A stretch of DNA of 64,000 nucleotides from a virus. The notes under the pieces were generated by a model. The model did not search any database. It worked only from the letters and a program-made list of their open reading frames with translations, and was not told where the DNA came from. Positions within the stretch are counted from its first letter, which is position 1; the number at the start of each line of letters is the position of its first letter. Both the position numbers and the translations under genes were made by a program. The stretch is taken from the IMG/VR virus record IMGVR_UViG_3300035661_003606, positions 6,757 to 70,756 of that record; one strand, written 5' to 3'. Positions 18,979 through 27,800 of the stretch are shown here, piece by piece.

Positions 18979-19718
18979 ATAGCCGAATACCCATTCCTGT
19001 TTCTGGAGATGCTGTAAGTGAATTTGATCCTACCAAAGATGCAATAACAATAAGCATTGTGCCATCTAATCGGGCACCAGATGAACCAAAGTGGCGAGTG
19101 CATATAGGACGAACCATCTTAAAAAATGCTGGCGCAATGCACTTTTCTTATCTTCAGTCGTGGCGTAGTATGGAAGCCGCTTTCAAAGATAGGAACGCAC
19201 GTGGTCGTGGATTTGTTTTAATGCTCAATGGGGAAGCGAGGCACGTCGTTACCCCAAAGAGCTGGGACTTTCCAGAGCAATATAACATAAGCTTTGACTC
19301 TGATATTATAGACCCATTTCCTATTGCTACTAAAGAGCAGGTCATCAGATATAATAATTTTGACCGTACTTCTATCGGGGGTTCTACATACCCAGTGAGT
19401 AACTATGTCGCTCATTCTGCTAGGACAATTATGTCATCTGTATTGGGAAACGAATTTATCCAAATAGGAGGTTTTGATTTTCCAAATAATGGATACTATG
19501 GAGTGCTCGGTATACCCATTGACCGTCTAGCGTTAGATGAATACACGAAGGAGATGTGCTTAAAAATTTATGGAGCTTCTTACAAGTTTAACTCCGCCAC
19601 TAAGACATGCTGGGTAGAAAAGCAGTTTGATAATGGAGCAAAAGATTATTATGTTGGCGACGGAGGGGCGAACAGACTAAAGTTCTTTAATATCTTATCT
19701 TTAGAGAGAAAACAATAG
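18975..19718 (+). CDS. hypothetical protein
   Basis: 247-aa ORF, ATGA overlap, AAGGAG SD. Confidence 0.65.
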   Translation: MNSRIPIPVSGDAVSEFDPTKDAITISIVPSNRAPDEPKWRVHIGRTILKNAGAMHFSYLQSWRSMEAAFKDRNARGRGFVLMLNGEARHVVTPKSWDFPEQYNISFDSDIIDPFPIATKEQVIRYNNFDRTSIGGSTYPVSNYVAHSARTIMSSVLGNEFIQIGGFDFPNNGYYGVLGIPIDRLALDEYTKEMCLKIYGASYKFNSATKTCWVEKQFDNGAKDYYVGDGGANRLKFFNILSLERKQ

Positions 19719-19771
19719 GACGTGCGAAAGTTTGAAGAACTCATGTAACCAAAGATCAGATTGACAACAAG

Positions 19772-20611
19772 GTGAAAAAATATTATATTGATACAAAGAC
19801 AGTTAGAAAGGAAGCAATGCGCAAATATAATGATTTCACGATAAGCTTATCTGGAAACCGAAAGACTAAATATATCATCGATGTAACTAAAGGCTGTATC
19901 GGAGCTAGAGTAACTGATGGAGGTTGCTATCACTCTTGCTTCTCTTTGAAAATGGCCAGAATGGCCGGGGTAGATTTCGCTCACACTGTAATTGGTACTC
20001 TTAACGAGGACCTATTACTCAAGCAGCTTAAAAAGGTAAAAGATCAAAGCTATATTAGGATTGGTGTTGCTGGAGATCCCTCCGAGGCTTGGGAGCTTAC
20101 CGTTAAAGTATCTCAACTAATTCATAGTGTAGGAATTGTACCAATAGTGACCACCAAGGTGTGGAGAGAACCAACACTTGGCCAACTAGAGAAAATGGCC
20201 AAAGCTAATGTATTTCTCCATATATCTTGCTCTGGTTTAGATCGAGACCAGGAGATCGAAAGGAGGATAAAGATACTACAACAATATAAAGCCTGCGGCG
20301 GTAATCCTGTTATGAGAATTGTCTCTGCGCCATTTAAGCTTGGAACTGGAGAGCAGATGAAACAGGAGCAACTAGTCCTAGAGGCGGATAAAAACAAGAT
20401 TCCAATTTTAGAAACTCCTCTGCGAGTATTCAAAAATGTCTGGTATTTTAACAAAATGGATGAGACAAAGCTCAAACATCACGTCTCTATTTTTTCCGGT
20501 AAACCAGACTCTCAGCTCACAGCGGGATTTATTTTAACTAATGACCCAAACAATATGTGTTATGCATGTAAGGAGTGCAAAAATGAGTGCCAGCCGAAAT
20601 ACAAAGAATAA
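19772..20611 (+). CDS. radical-SAM-like (spore photoproduct lyase-like) protein
   Basis: DVTKGC-x9-CYHSCF Cys cluster, IRIGVAGDPS, IVTTK; C-terminal CxxCxxCxxxC. Confidence 0.55.
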   Translation: MKKYYIDTKTVRKEAMRKYNDFTISLSGNRKTKYIIDVTKGCIGARVTDGGCYHSCFSLKMARMAGVDFAHTVIGTLNEDLLLKQLKKVKDQSYIRIGVAGDPSEAWELTVKVSQLIHSVGIVPIVTTKVWREPTLGQLEKMAKANVFLHISCSGLDRDQEIERRIKILQQYKACGGNPVMRIVSAPFKLGTGEQMKQEQLVLEADKNKIPILETPLRVFKNVWYFNKMDETKLKHHVSIFSGKPDSQLTAGFILTNDPNNMCYACKECKNECQPKYKE

Positions 20612-20621
20612 ACCAAAAAAC

Positions 20622-20957
20622 ATGAAGAAGTATAATGAGTATCGAGTGGCTTTAACGGAGTTTATAGCAAATCCATCTAAAGATACGCTTGCTGCGTTGC
20701 GTAAAATTGAATATACACAAAGCCCATGCTGCCCTAAAAAATCCTATGATGCTGACTCTGATCCGACGGCTAACTGCGAAAGGTGCTTGATAAGGCAGCC
20801 TATTGATAACCTGGAAAGTATGTGCCTCCTGTGTTATATAGACGATACTGAAATCGATAAAAAGGAAGATCCTGTAGCAGCCGCATTGGTTGCGGCCTTG
20901 ATGCTTCAGCCCATTTTCGAAGGAAATGACGCTGAACCTAGAGAGAAAGAAGCATAG
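20622..20957 (+). CDS. Cys-rich hypothetical protein (paralog of 14896-15204)
   Basis: FIANPS..PCC..CERCLI..MC; start placed at ATG 20622. Confidence 0.55.
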   Translation: MKKYNEYRVALTEFIANPSKDTLAALRKIEYTQSPCCPKKSYDADSDPTANCERCLIRQPIDNLESMCLLCYIDDTEIDKKEDPVAAALVAALMLQPIFEGNDAEPREKEA

Positions 20958-21018
20958 TTATTCCATATAAAGAAAAAAAAATAAAAGAATTCATTGCGAA
21001 TCTCCCCATGGAGAGAAA

Positions 21019-21270
21019 ATGTCTATAGACCGTAAAAAAGGGAAACAAGGACAGAAAACAGTAATAGAGTTAGGACATAAAGCGGTATTAGAGCTAATGG
21101 ACATATTTGCCGCAGGGTCTAACATTGGAGCTCAAAGCACCCATGACACATGGGGGTTTTATCATTCAGATCCAAAAGTAATTTTAAAGCTACTAGACAG
21201 AATGTCCAAAGACTTAATTATGGAGACGAAAAGAATTAAAAAAAATAGGAGAACGTATGTCTCGCCTTAA
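21019..21270 (+). CDS. hypothetical protein
   Basis: 83-aa ORF with GGAG SD. Confidence 0.55.
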   Translation: MSIDRKKGKQGQKTVIELGHKAVLELMDIFAAGSNIGAQSTHDTWGFYHSDPKVILKLLDRMSKDLIMETKRIKKNRRTYVSP

Positions 21271-21682
21271 GGGCGCAGAATCAGAGGCAATGTTTGCCTA
21301 CGTGGCACTTAAGCTGCAATGGGAGATTGCAGAACCATTGCATCATTCTCCATATACATATGATTTTATTATTCGTAGACATTCTAGAAAATGGGAAACT
21401 GTACAAGTTAAAACTGCATGGTGTGAAACAAGGACAGGCAATCGCAAAAAAACAATTAGAGTCTCATTGCGCCATACTTCAGCCAGTAGATATAATGTCA
21501 GATATAAACACGGAGATTTCGATTTGCTATGCGTTGTATATTATGATGATGTGTGGCTTATTCCCTGGAAGAAAGTTAAAAATAACTCCACAGTTGTAAT
21601 ATCTAGCAAGAAATATGATGCTTATAAAATGGACCTCAACCGAGGCGTTAAGCCAAAGACAATAATACCAAGAGCTAACTAA
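21257..21682 (+). CDS. PD-(D/E)XK endonuclease (group I intron-associated/PDDEXK_5-like)
   Basis: KGAESE, P..YDFII, VQVKT, Y..GDFD..VWLIP. Confidence 0.8.
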   Translation: MSRLKGAESEAMFAYVALKLQWEIAEPLHHSPYTYDFIIRRHSRKWETVQVKTAWCETRTGNRKKTIRVSLRHTSASRYNVRYKHGDFDLLCVVYYDDVWLIPWKKVKNNSTVVISSKKYDAYKMDLNRGVKPKTIIPRAN

Positions 21683-21697
21683 TGCAGGGGTAAATGT

Positions 21698-22624
21698 ATG
21701 ATTGAACTTTTGAGTGTTGATGCAGAAACCAGAGCTGCCATTCTTGCACGAGATCATAGCATTTGTGTGATGTGTGGAAGTTCAGGGCCATTAGTTTTTC
21801 ACGAGGTAGTTCCAGGTTGTTGGCCTCCTCCTCCACGCAATGGCAATAAAGCTCGATATGAAAGCGAGAGACTAGTAACATTATGCAAACCATGCGCGTT
21901 CAAAGTCGAAACAATGACTAACAGTCCTTATTGTAATATACTCGAACAGAGTCTTTGGAAAGACTGCGACGAAAAATGGAGAGTTTGTCGCGATAAAAAC
22001 GACTGGCCCCTTATTACACTGTTAACAACGGGACGCCGGTTGGCTCACAAAACTCGTTTTGGAGCAGAGATCACTTCTCGTCCTGAAAGCATTTCAGAGC
22101 ATAGCTATTGGGTTGCTTTGTTTGCTAAGGCCATTGCTCGACATTATGTTGAGCCGACAGGTTTAAAGGTAAATGAAGGACACGTTCTTGATATAGCTTT
22201 AAATCATGATATTCCAGAAATCTTAACCACTGATGTGCCTAACCCGATCAAAAAAGCCTCCCGCGCTGTCGAAAGATTCTATAATCGCCAAGAAAAATTA
22301 GCCACTATTGAACTAGCAAAATGTCTTGGGTTTTCAGACTTTAGTGGCTTAGTTCAAGAATTTAATGAAGGCAAGACTATCGAGGCCCAGATAGTTAAAA
22401 TGGCAGACAAGTTGAGTGGGCTTATTTGGTGCGTTGAGGAATTGGCATGCGGCAATAGAAATATTGTTATCGCTTTTCGTGGCTATTATAATGAATTGGT
22501 GGCGCAGGGCAACGTAGAAGACATCCCAGATTGGCGCAAAAAACTAATAAGCGACGTGACTGGATTCGTGGAACATCATTTCTCTCTTCAAATATTGAAA
22601 GATGAAATAGTAGGAGACAAATGA
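21698..22624 (+). CDS. HNH-like Zn domain fused to HD phosphohydrolase (YfbR/5'-deoxynucleotidase-like)
   Basis: RDHSICVMCG..FHEVVP..LVTLCKPC; ESISEHS..ALNHDIPE..DVPNP..VKMADKL. Confidence 0.8.
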   Translation: MIELLSVDAETRAAILARDHSICVMCGSSGPLVFHEVVPGCWPPPPRNGNKARYESERLVTLCKPCAFKVETMTNSPYCNILEQSLWKDCDEKWRVCRDKNDWPLITLLTTGRRLAHKTRFGAEITSRPESISEHSYWVALFAKAIARHYVEPTGLKVNEGHVLDIALNHDIPEILTTDVPNPIKKASRAVERFYNRQEKLATIELAKCLGFSDFSGLVQEFNEGKTIEAQIVKMADKLSGLIWCVEELACGNRNIVIAFRGYYNELVAQGNVEDIPDWRKKLISDVTGFVEHHFSLQILKDEIVGDK

Positions 22625-22630
22625 AATTAC

Positions 22631-22687
22631 GAGCTCTTCCGCAAGAAAGCCCCCCCCCCGGGGGGGCTAACCGTGGAAGTACGTCAG
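22631..22687 (+). mobile_element. IS200/IS605-type miniature remnant (fused left and right ends)
   Basis: after TTAC: GAGCTCTTCCGCAAGAAAG matches 52185 and AACCGTGGAAGTACGTCAG matches the reverse complement of 57203; joined by a C10G7 palindrome. Confidence 0.65.
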
Positions 22688-22727
22688 AAAAGTCTATTGA
22701 GAAAACACTTATCTTAGGGGGTCCATC

Positions 22728-22949
22728 GTGATGAAAGTTGGTAGCAGAGTATGTTTATCTAATAATAGCGACATAAGAGGTTTTATAATGGAAATTTCGG
22801 GTGACATTGCATTGGTCCGATGGGATACTGGTAAAACTATAGCAACTTCTATTGATTCATTAGAGATGATTAAAACATATCGGGCTCACAGTGCAGACTG
22901 GTTAAGATCCTTAGACAAGGATGATCCACGTAAACCCAGTCTTGACTAA
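22728..22949 (+). CDS. small SH3-like hypothetical protein
   Basis: KVGSRV..G.I....ALVRWDTG pattern. Confidence 0.5.
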   Translation: MMKVGSRVCLSNNSDIRGFIMEISGDIALVRWDTGKTIATSIDSLEMIKTYRAHSADWLRSLDKDDPRKPSLD

Positions 22950-23161
22950 ACAAGCCCACGTATTGTGGGCCTCTCTATGTTTTCTAAGGTGACGATTCAA
23001 TCCTATTCCTCTCTCTAGAGGCTGTATTAACGACACCTGTACTGATGGAGATAGCATATGTTGACAAGCGGTTTAGAAACTGAATACGCAATAACAATTA
23101 TCTAACTGGAATATTGCAGTTATTCTGCAAAAGTTAAAACCTTCAGAAAAAGGAGAGCAAA

Positions 23162-23356
23162 ATGAAATATAGAGTAGTTATGACGGGCACGGCGATGGTC
23201 TCTACTGGAGTGAGTATTGAAGCAGATAGTAAAGAAGAAGCTGAAAATAAAGCATTAGAAATGGCAGATCGTGGAGATGTAGTTTGGGAATATCAGGGGC
23301 TTGTAGAAGACAACCGAATTGAAGCAGAGGTTATCCAGGGAGGACAAAATGCCTAA
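23162..23356 (+). CDS. small hypothetical protein
   Basis: AGGAG SD; IEADSKEEAE motif typical of small phage proteins. Confidence 0.6.
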   Translation: MKYRVVMTGTAMVSTGVSIEADSKEEAENKALEMADRGDVVWEYQGLVEDNRIEAEVIQGGQNA

Positions 23357-23609
23357 AAAATCAGAAGGCATGACTCTAAACATAGCTAGAGACAAAATAT
23401 ATGAGATTAACAAAGACTTTGAAAAAATAACCAAAGAACTTAATGCAATAGTTAGTTTTCTAGAAGAACGTGGTAATCAGATTGAAAACCAGCAGGACAT
23501 TGAGATTATGCAAGCCGCGATTGCCTCTTTGAGAGAGGTATCTCAATCGCTCAAGTCAGCCGAACAGTGGGTCGACTTCTTATGCCAGTACGGACCCACT
23601 TCCGACTAA
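23349..23609 (+). CDS. small helical hypothetical protein
   Basis: GGAGG SD before ATG 23349. Confidence 0.55.
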   Translation: MPKKSEGMTLNIARDKIYEINKDFEKITKELNAIVSFLEERGNQIENQQDIEIMQAAIASLREVSQSLKSAEQWVDFLCQYGPTSD

Positions 23610-23639
23610 CAACTTCTAAGCTCATCTTTAGGTGTGGTT

Positions 23640-23963
23640 CTAAGTCTTTTTCTTCTTGCGCGTGGTAGATGAAACGGAAGGAGTAACAGAAAAAGAAACT
23701 AACTCTCCAGTCTCACTGTTAAATTCTGCGGACAGATATCCTCTTTCGTCTTCTTGTTTACCAAATAAACCATTGAGAATTCCTAACAGGCCTACTAGGT
23801 ACCTATTGTTTTCTACCACAACTTGCACTGTGGGGTGGGAGGCCAATGCCTTATTACAAGGCACTCTCTGAGTACAAAGATTTGTTATCGCTTCCTTATC
23901 AAGTTTAATCAACTCATTAAGTAGAGCCACTGCCTCATTTACTGAAACTTTTTTTATTTTCAT
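23640..23963 (-). CDS. hypothetical protein
   Basis: AGGAG SD on the minus strand; RVPCN..HPTVQV..VGLLGILNGLFG. Confidence 0.65.
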   Translation of the reverse strand: MKIKKVSVNEAVALLNELIKLDKEAITNLCTQRVPCNKALASHPTVQVVVENNRYLVGLLGILNGLFGKQEDERGYLSAEFNSETGELVSFSVTPSVSSTTRKKKKT

Positions 23964-24344
23964 TTAGTCTCCTGAATGTGAAGACTGACCTGGGATGTTA
24001 ACCAAGTAATCTATCTGGTTCAACTCTGCAACAGACATCTCAAATGTAGGGGGAAGGTCAACCTTCTGAATGTTAATATCAACCTCTTCGTCCAAAAGAG
24101 CATTGATCTCTTGCATATAGCTGGACTGGTTTTCATCAGGAATGGTCATTACGCCTTTTTCCTTATCTGGAACTCCAAATTTTTCAAAGAGTTCCTTTCT
24201 CTTCTCTTCAAAGAGTTTAATTACCGCTTCGACCTCAAGGTAATCCTTATGCAGTTTGAACAGCACAGACAGTGGAAACTTTTGTAGGCTTAAGTTCTTA
24301 AGGGTATCTACTGAATTTAAAATTTGACTCATCTTAATCTTCAT
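23964..24344 (-). CDS. phage protein (DUF1617-like)
   Basis: AGGAGG SD and sigma-70 promoter upstream; helical KRKELFEKFG..EINALLDEEV pattern. Confidence 0.6.
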   Translation of the reverse strand: MKIKMSQILNSVDTLKNLSLQKFPLSVLFKLHKDYLEVEAVIKLFEEKRKELFEKFGVPDKEKGVMTIPDENQSSYMQEINALLDEEVDINIQKVDLPPTFEMSVAELNQIDYLVNIPGQSSHSGD

Positions 24345-24374
24345 TGTTTAATCCTCCTAGCTCGTCGCCGAATA

Positions 24375-24403
24375 AATATAATACCATAATCTCAAAAAGT
24401 CAA
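24375..24403 (-). promoter_or_regulatory. sigma-70-type promoter
   Basis: minus strand TTGACT-17nt-TATATT. Confidence 0.75.
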
Positions 24404-24426
24404 GTGATTTTAAAATTGGAGATGCC

Positions 24427-25509
24427 ATGTTAAAAAATATTAAAGAGTTTCTTACCTCTACCAACAATAACTTAGTGGAAGTTGTCAGTTGTAGAGAAGG
24501 ACCGTTAAGCACAGAAATAATTTTAAAACTTCTAGATTACAAGAAGGTGGGGCTAGTAGAAAAAAGTCTCGAAGGATTATCTTTTTTCCTTCAAGCGTCT
24601 TCTCATATTTTAATTCCGGACCCACTTTGTGGGGGCTTTAGACTAATTATCCCAGTAGATAATATTAAATCTATACCTTTTAACGAGAAAAAAATAATTA
24701 GACCTACCCAAATATTTTTAGGAATAGACGACAGAGGCGCGGATCTGACACTATATTTAAGCGATATAACCCACACTCTTATAGCGGGAGCAACTGGATC
24801 TGGAAAGTCTATGTGTATTCACACTATTATCCATTCTCTTCTAGTCAAACAGGGCGTTAGTATAGTTTATTTGGACCCCAAAAGAGTGGAGAGCCAGCTA
24901 TATAGTGGAATAGCAAATTCTAGTATCATGCGGATTGCCTCTACGAATGAGGACATATTGAAAGAGTTAACTATGATCCATAGCTGGATGGAAGATAGGT
25001 ATCAATATATGGCTAATCACCATATCCGAGATGCCATGTCTAAATGGCTAGAGAATCACGATGAGAACCTAAAACCTATGGTTTTAATTTGCGACGAAGT
25101 CGGGGGTATATTTTCTGGAATTCCTGCAGCAAAAAACATTTTGCTGTCCTTGTCATCTCGATCTAGAGCAGCGGGACTTAGGATCTTTTTAGCCACCCAA
25201 CGTCCAGACGCCAAGATTATTGACGGAGCCATTAAGGCAAACTTTACCACGAGAATATGTTTTAAAACAAGCTCTAAGATAGATTCATACGTTATCCTTG
25301 GTTTCGGAGGAGGAGAACATTTAAAGGGCAAAGGACATGGTATCCTTCTCGGCAATGATAATAGTATTACCACATTTAAGGGAGCTGTAATAGAAGGCAT
25401 CAGACTAAGTAAATATAGCACTACAAATACATATTGTCCTGCGGCTGCGGCTCCTGTTGTGCTTGACTCCATTGGAGAAAACCTGGGCCAGCTAAAAAAG
25501 CTAAAATAG
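24427..25509 (+). CDS. FtsK/SpoIIIE-family ATPase (no TM or gamma domain seen)
   Basis: HTLIAGATGSGKS, LDPKRVE, ICDE, RAAGLRIFLATQRP, IKANF..RI, GGEHLKGKG. Confidence 0.9.
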   Translation: MLKNIKEFLTSTNNNLVEVVSCREGPLSTEIILKLLDYKKVGLVEKSLEGLSFFLQASSHILIPDPLCGGFRLIIPVDNIKSIPFNEKKIIRPTQIFLGIDDRGADLTLYLSDITHTLIAGATGSGKSMCIHTIIHSLLVKQGVSIVYLDPKRVESQLYSGIANSSIMRIASTNEDILKELTMIHSWMEDRYQYMANHHIRDAMSKWLENHDENLKPMVLICDEVGGIFSGIPAAKNILLSLSSRSRAAGLRIFLATQRPDAKIIDGAIKANFTTRICFKTSSKIDSYVILGFGGGEHLKGKGHGILLGNDNSITTFKGAVIEGIRLSKYSTTNTYCPAAAAPVVLDSIGENLGQLKKLK

Positions 25510-25526
25510 AAAGAGAGGAAAATAAA

Positions 25527-26846
25527 ATGTGGCCCTTTAAGAAGACAGCATTAGATAGAACTATAGATGTAGAAGAAATGCCGAGTGAGTTAGCAATACG
25601 TTATTGGGAAGATTTAAGTTTCATAGCTCAGTGGTTTTATAAAACACATGTGTATGAAAGTCAAAGATATATCAAGAGCGATGAAAGAAAAACACTTCCT
25701 CTGCGAGACTTAATCGAATCCATTGGAGCTGTTGGTCGCTTAGAACAATTTCCCAATCTAGAAACCATAGCACATATCAATAACCTCGCAATAGAGTATA
25801 AATTTACCTGTGGAGTCTATGATCCAGCTGCTGGTCTCGTGACTATTCATCCTAATATTCGTAGCTTCCTAGATGCACCAGAGAATATTATTCAGCCAGT
25901 ATTAAATACTCTATTTAGAAAACTTTCTGGGCGCAGATTAGACCGAGGAGATCGCAAAGATATTTTCAGGAATGGCATAGTTAAGGACCTATTCGCAAAT
26001 TACACGGTCATCTCTGGGATAGCTGGATATCCTCAAGTAGCACCTGATTACCACACTCTCCAGTCTATTGTTGGTCCATATGCAAGAATAGACAAAGAAT
26101 TTGACGTTTGGTCTATGTCCGCATTACCTCTTACTTATGAATATTTTGACGCGATGAAAGTAGCAACAGAGTATGCCAGAGTAAGACCTCTAGAGGGCGA
26201 AATCCCCGCAATATGCATGCATCCTATGTGCCGCAAGAGATTTAAGATAGACAGTAGAATAGCTGATTTATTTAGATTTCATTTCTGGGATAATCAGGTT
26301 GAATTTATCGCCACGTTTTGTAGTGATGCCCATGCTTTTGCGGCAAGAGAAAATGGGATTAGATCTCTTCGCTCTCATGTTGATTTTGTCTCTAATCTGC
26401 CTGAACATGGCATTGAGAATGGTTTTGCTACACCTGAAAATCAACTCTCAGAATACCTAAATCCGGACTTAGCGGTTGCTGGACATCGCTATTATGTAAA
26501 ATACCCTCTATGTAAACAACCTTTCTACGTTGAATTTCATAGACTTCTCCACTCAGTGTATGATGACAGTACATGGGATTCTAAATATATCGATGATAAC
26601 GCTATGACTCCCTTAGAAGTTGGTGAAAATATTCACCAATATACCGTTCCCACTTTAGAATATTGGTTAAATACATTTATTCAATATAATTTGTATGTCA
26701 ATGTTGATAGTAGTCAACCAGAAAAAGAACAGCAAAAGTGTCGAGCAAAAGAGGCTGCTATCCTTGGTAAGATTCAACAAATTCTCCTTCGCGATTCTCG
26801 TTATAGAAGTTATCCGCTGACTCAATCTTTCCCCAAATACTATTAA
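25527..26846 (+). CDS. hypothetical protein
   Basis: 439-aa ORF, GAGGA SD; CxxxxC..FCSDAH may be a Zn site. Confidence 0.65.
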   Translation: MWPFKKTALDRTIDVEEMPSELAIRYWEDLSFIAQWFYKTHVYESQRYIKSDERKTLPLRDLIESIGAVGRLEQFPNLETIAHINNLAIEYKFTCGVYDPAAGLVTIHPNIRSFLDAPENIIQPVLNTLFRKLSGRRLDRGDRKDIFRNGIVKDLFANYTVISGIAGYPQVAPDYHTLQSIVGPYARIDKEFDVWSMSALPLTYEYFDAMKVATEYARVRPLEGEIPAICMHPMCRKRFKIDSRIADLFRFHFWDNQVEFIATFCSDAHAFAARENGIRSLRSHVDFVSNLPEHGIENGFATPENQLSEYLNPDLAVAGHRYYVKYPLCKQPFYVEFHRLLHSVYDDSTWDSKYIDDNAMTPLEVGENIHQYTVPTLEYWLNTFIQYNLYVNVDSSQPEKEQQKCRAKEAAILGKIQQILLRDSRYRSYPLTQSFPKYY

Positions 26847-26873
26847 TAAAAATTTATATGACAAGGAGGTAAG

Positions 26874-27692
26874 ATGGCTATAGATTCCCTTTCCAAATTG
26901 GTTGAACAATATTCTCAGGCTTACGGTAGAAAGCGTCTCACCAATAAAGAGATGCTTGACAAAATTAAAGAATTCAAAGCTACTAATAACGAAACTATTA
27001 TGACCGAAATGATTGGAGCTAACATTGGGCTAATCATCAAGGACACTTATAGTATAGTAAAAGACTATACTCAAGTGGAAACATATATTGGCAGTGCTAT
27101 AATTGGGTTTATTGAGGGCGTTAAGCATTTTGATGTTACTAGAGGTATTAATCTTGCTAACCCAAATGGATATATTTTTGAATGGGTTAGGGCAATGATT
27201 CATAAAGACTTCTATAAAGATAAGGCGTTTCTCTCTGGTTTGACTGGCAAGAATAAAATGATTATCAATGCTCTTATCCAAGCTGAAAAAACAGGGTCTT
27301 TATCTACTCCCGACTTGATTAACTCCGTAGCTAATCAATTAAAAGAGGATAAGAAAACTGTCGCTTCGGTACATTCCACCATTGGTTCTAAAATGAGCTT
27401 GTCTTATATGAGTGGCAACGACGTAGTAGACATCCAATACGTAGAAAATAACCCAATGTCTACTATAAATCTATGCCATATTAAATCTGCTCTTTTGCCT
27501 GTTCTTAAAGAAATTCTCACCGAAAGAGAACTAACGACTATTATGGCTCGAACTATGGAAGACGAAACTCTTGAAACAATTGGAAAGAGACTCGGAGTTT
27601 CTAAAGAAGCAGTTAGAATATACGAGAAGACCGCATTCAAAAAACTACGAGAGGATGCCCGAATAAAAGCTCTCTTTAATGCTCTCGATTAA
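26874..27692 (+). CDS. sigma-70 family RNA polymerase sigma factor
   Basis: region 2 ANIGLI..IGFIEGVKHFDVTRG..YIFEWVR; region 4 LTERE..TLETIGKRLGVSKEAVRIYEKTAFKKLR. Confidence 0.88.
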   Translation: MAIDSLSKLVEQYSQAYGRKRLTNKEMLDKIKEFKATNNETIMTEMIGANIGLIIKDTYSIVKDYTQVETYIGSAIIGFIEGVKHFDVTRGINLANPNGYIFEWVRAMIHKDFYKDKAFLSGLTGKNKMIINALIQAEKTGSLSTPDLINSVANQLKEDKKTVASVHSTIGSKMSLSYMSGNDVVDIQYVENNPMSTINLCHIKSALLPVLKEILTERELTTIMARTMEDETLETIGKRLGVSKEAVRIYEKTAFKKLREDARIKALFNALD

Positions 27693-27800
27693 AAAAAAAT
27701 ATCAAGAATGGAGGTGATCCAATACTCTATATACTATAATTTTAATCCTCTGACTTTAGTCGAGGTAATCCACAAATCACTCTAAACACAGGAGCGTATT

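Noticed and set aside
22650-22666. C10G7 run as an independent regulatory or phase-variable tract
   Set aside because: It lies inside the IS-end remnant hairpin, and homopolymer length may be a sequencing artefact.
22950-23161. tRNA or ncRNA in intergenic gaps (also 13377-13478 and 57290-57390)
   Set aside because: No cloverleaf or T-loop GTTCRA pattern seen; only short hairpins.
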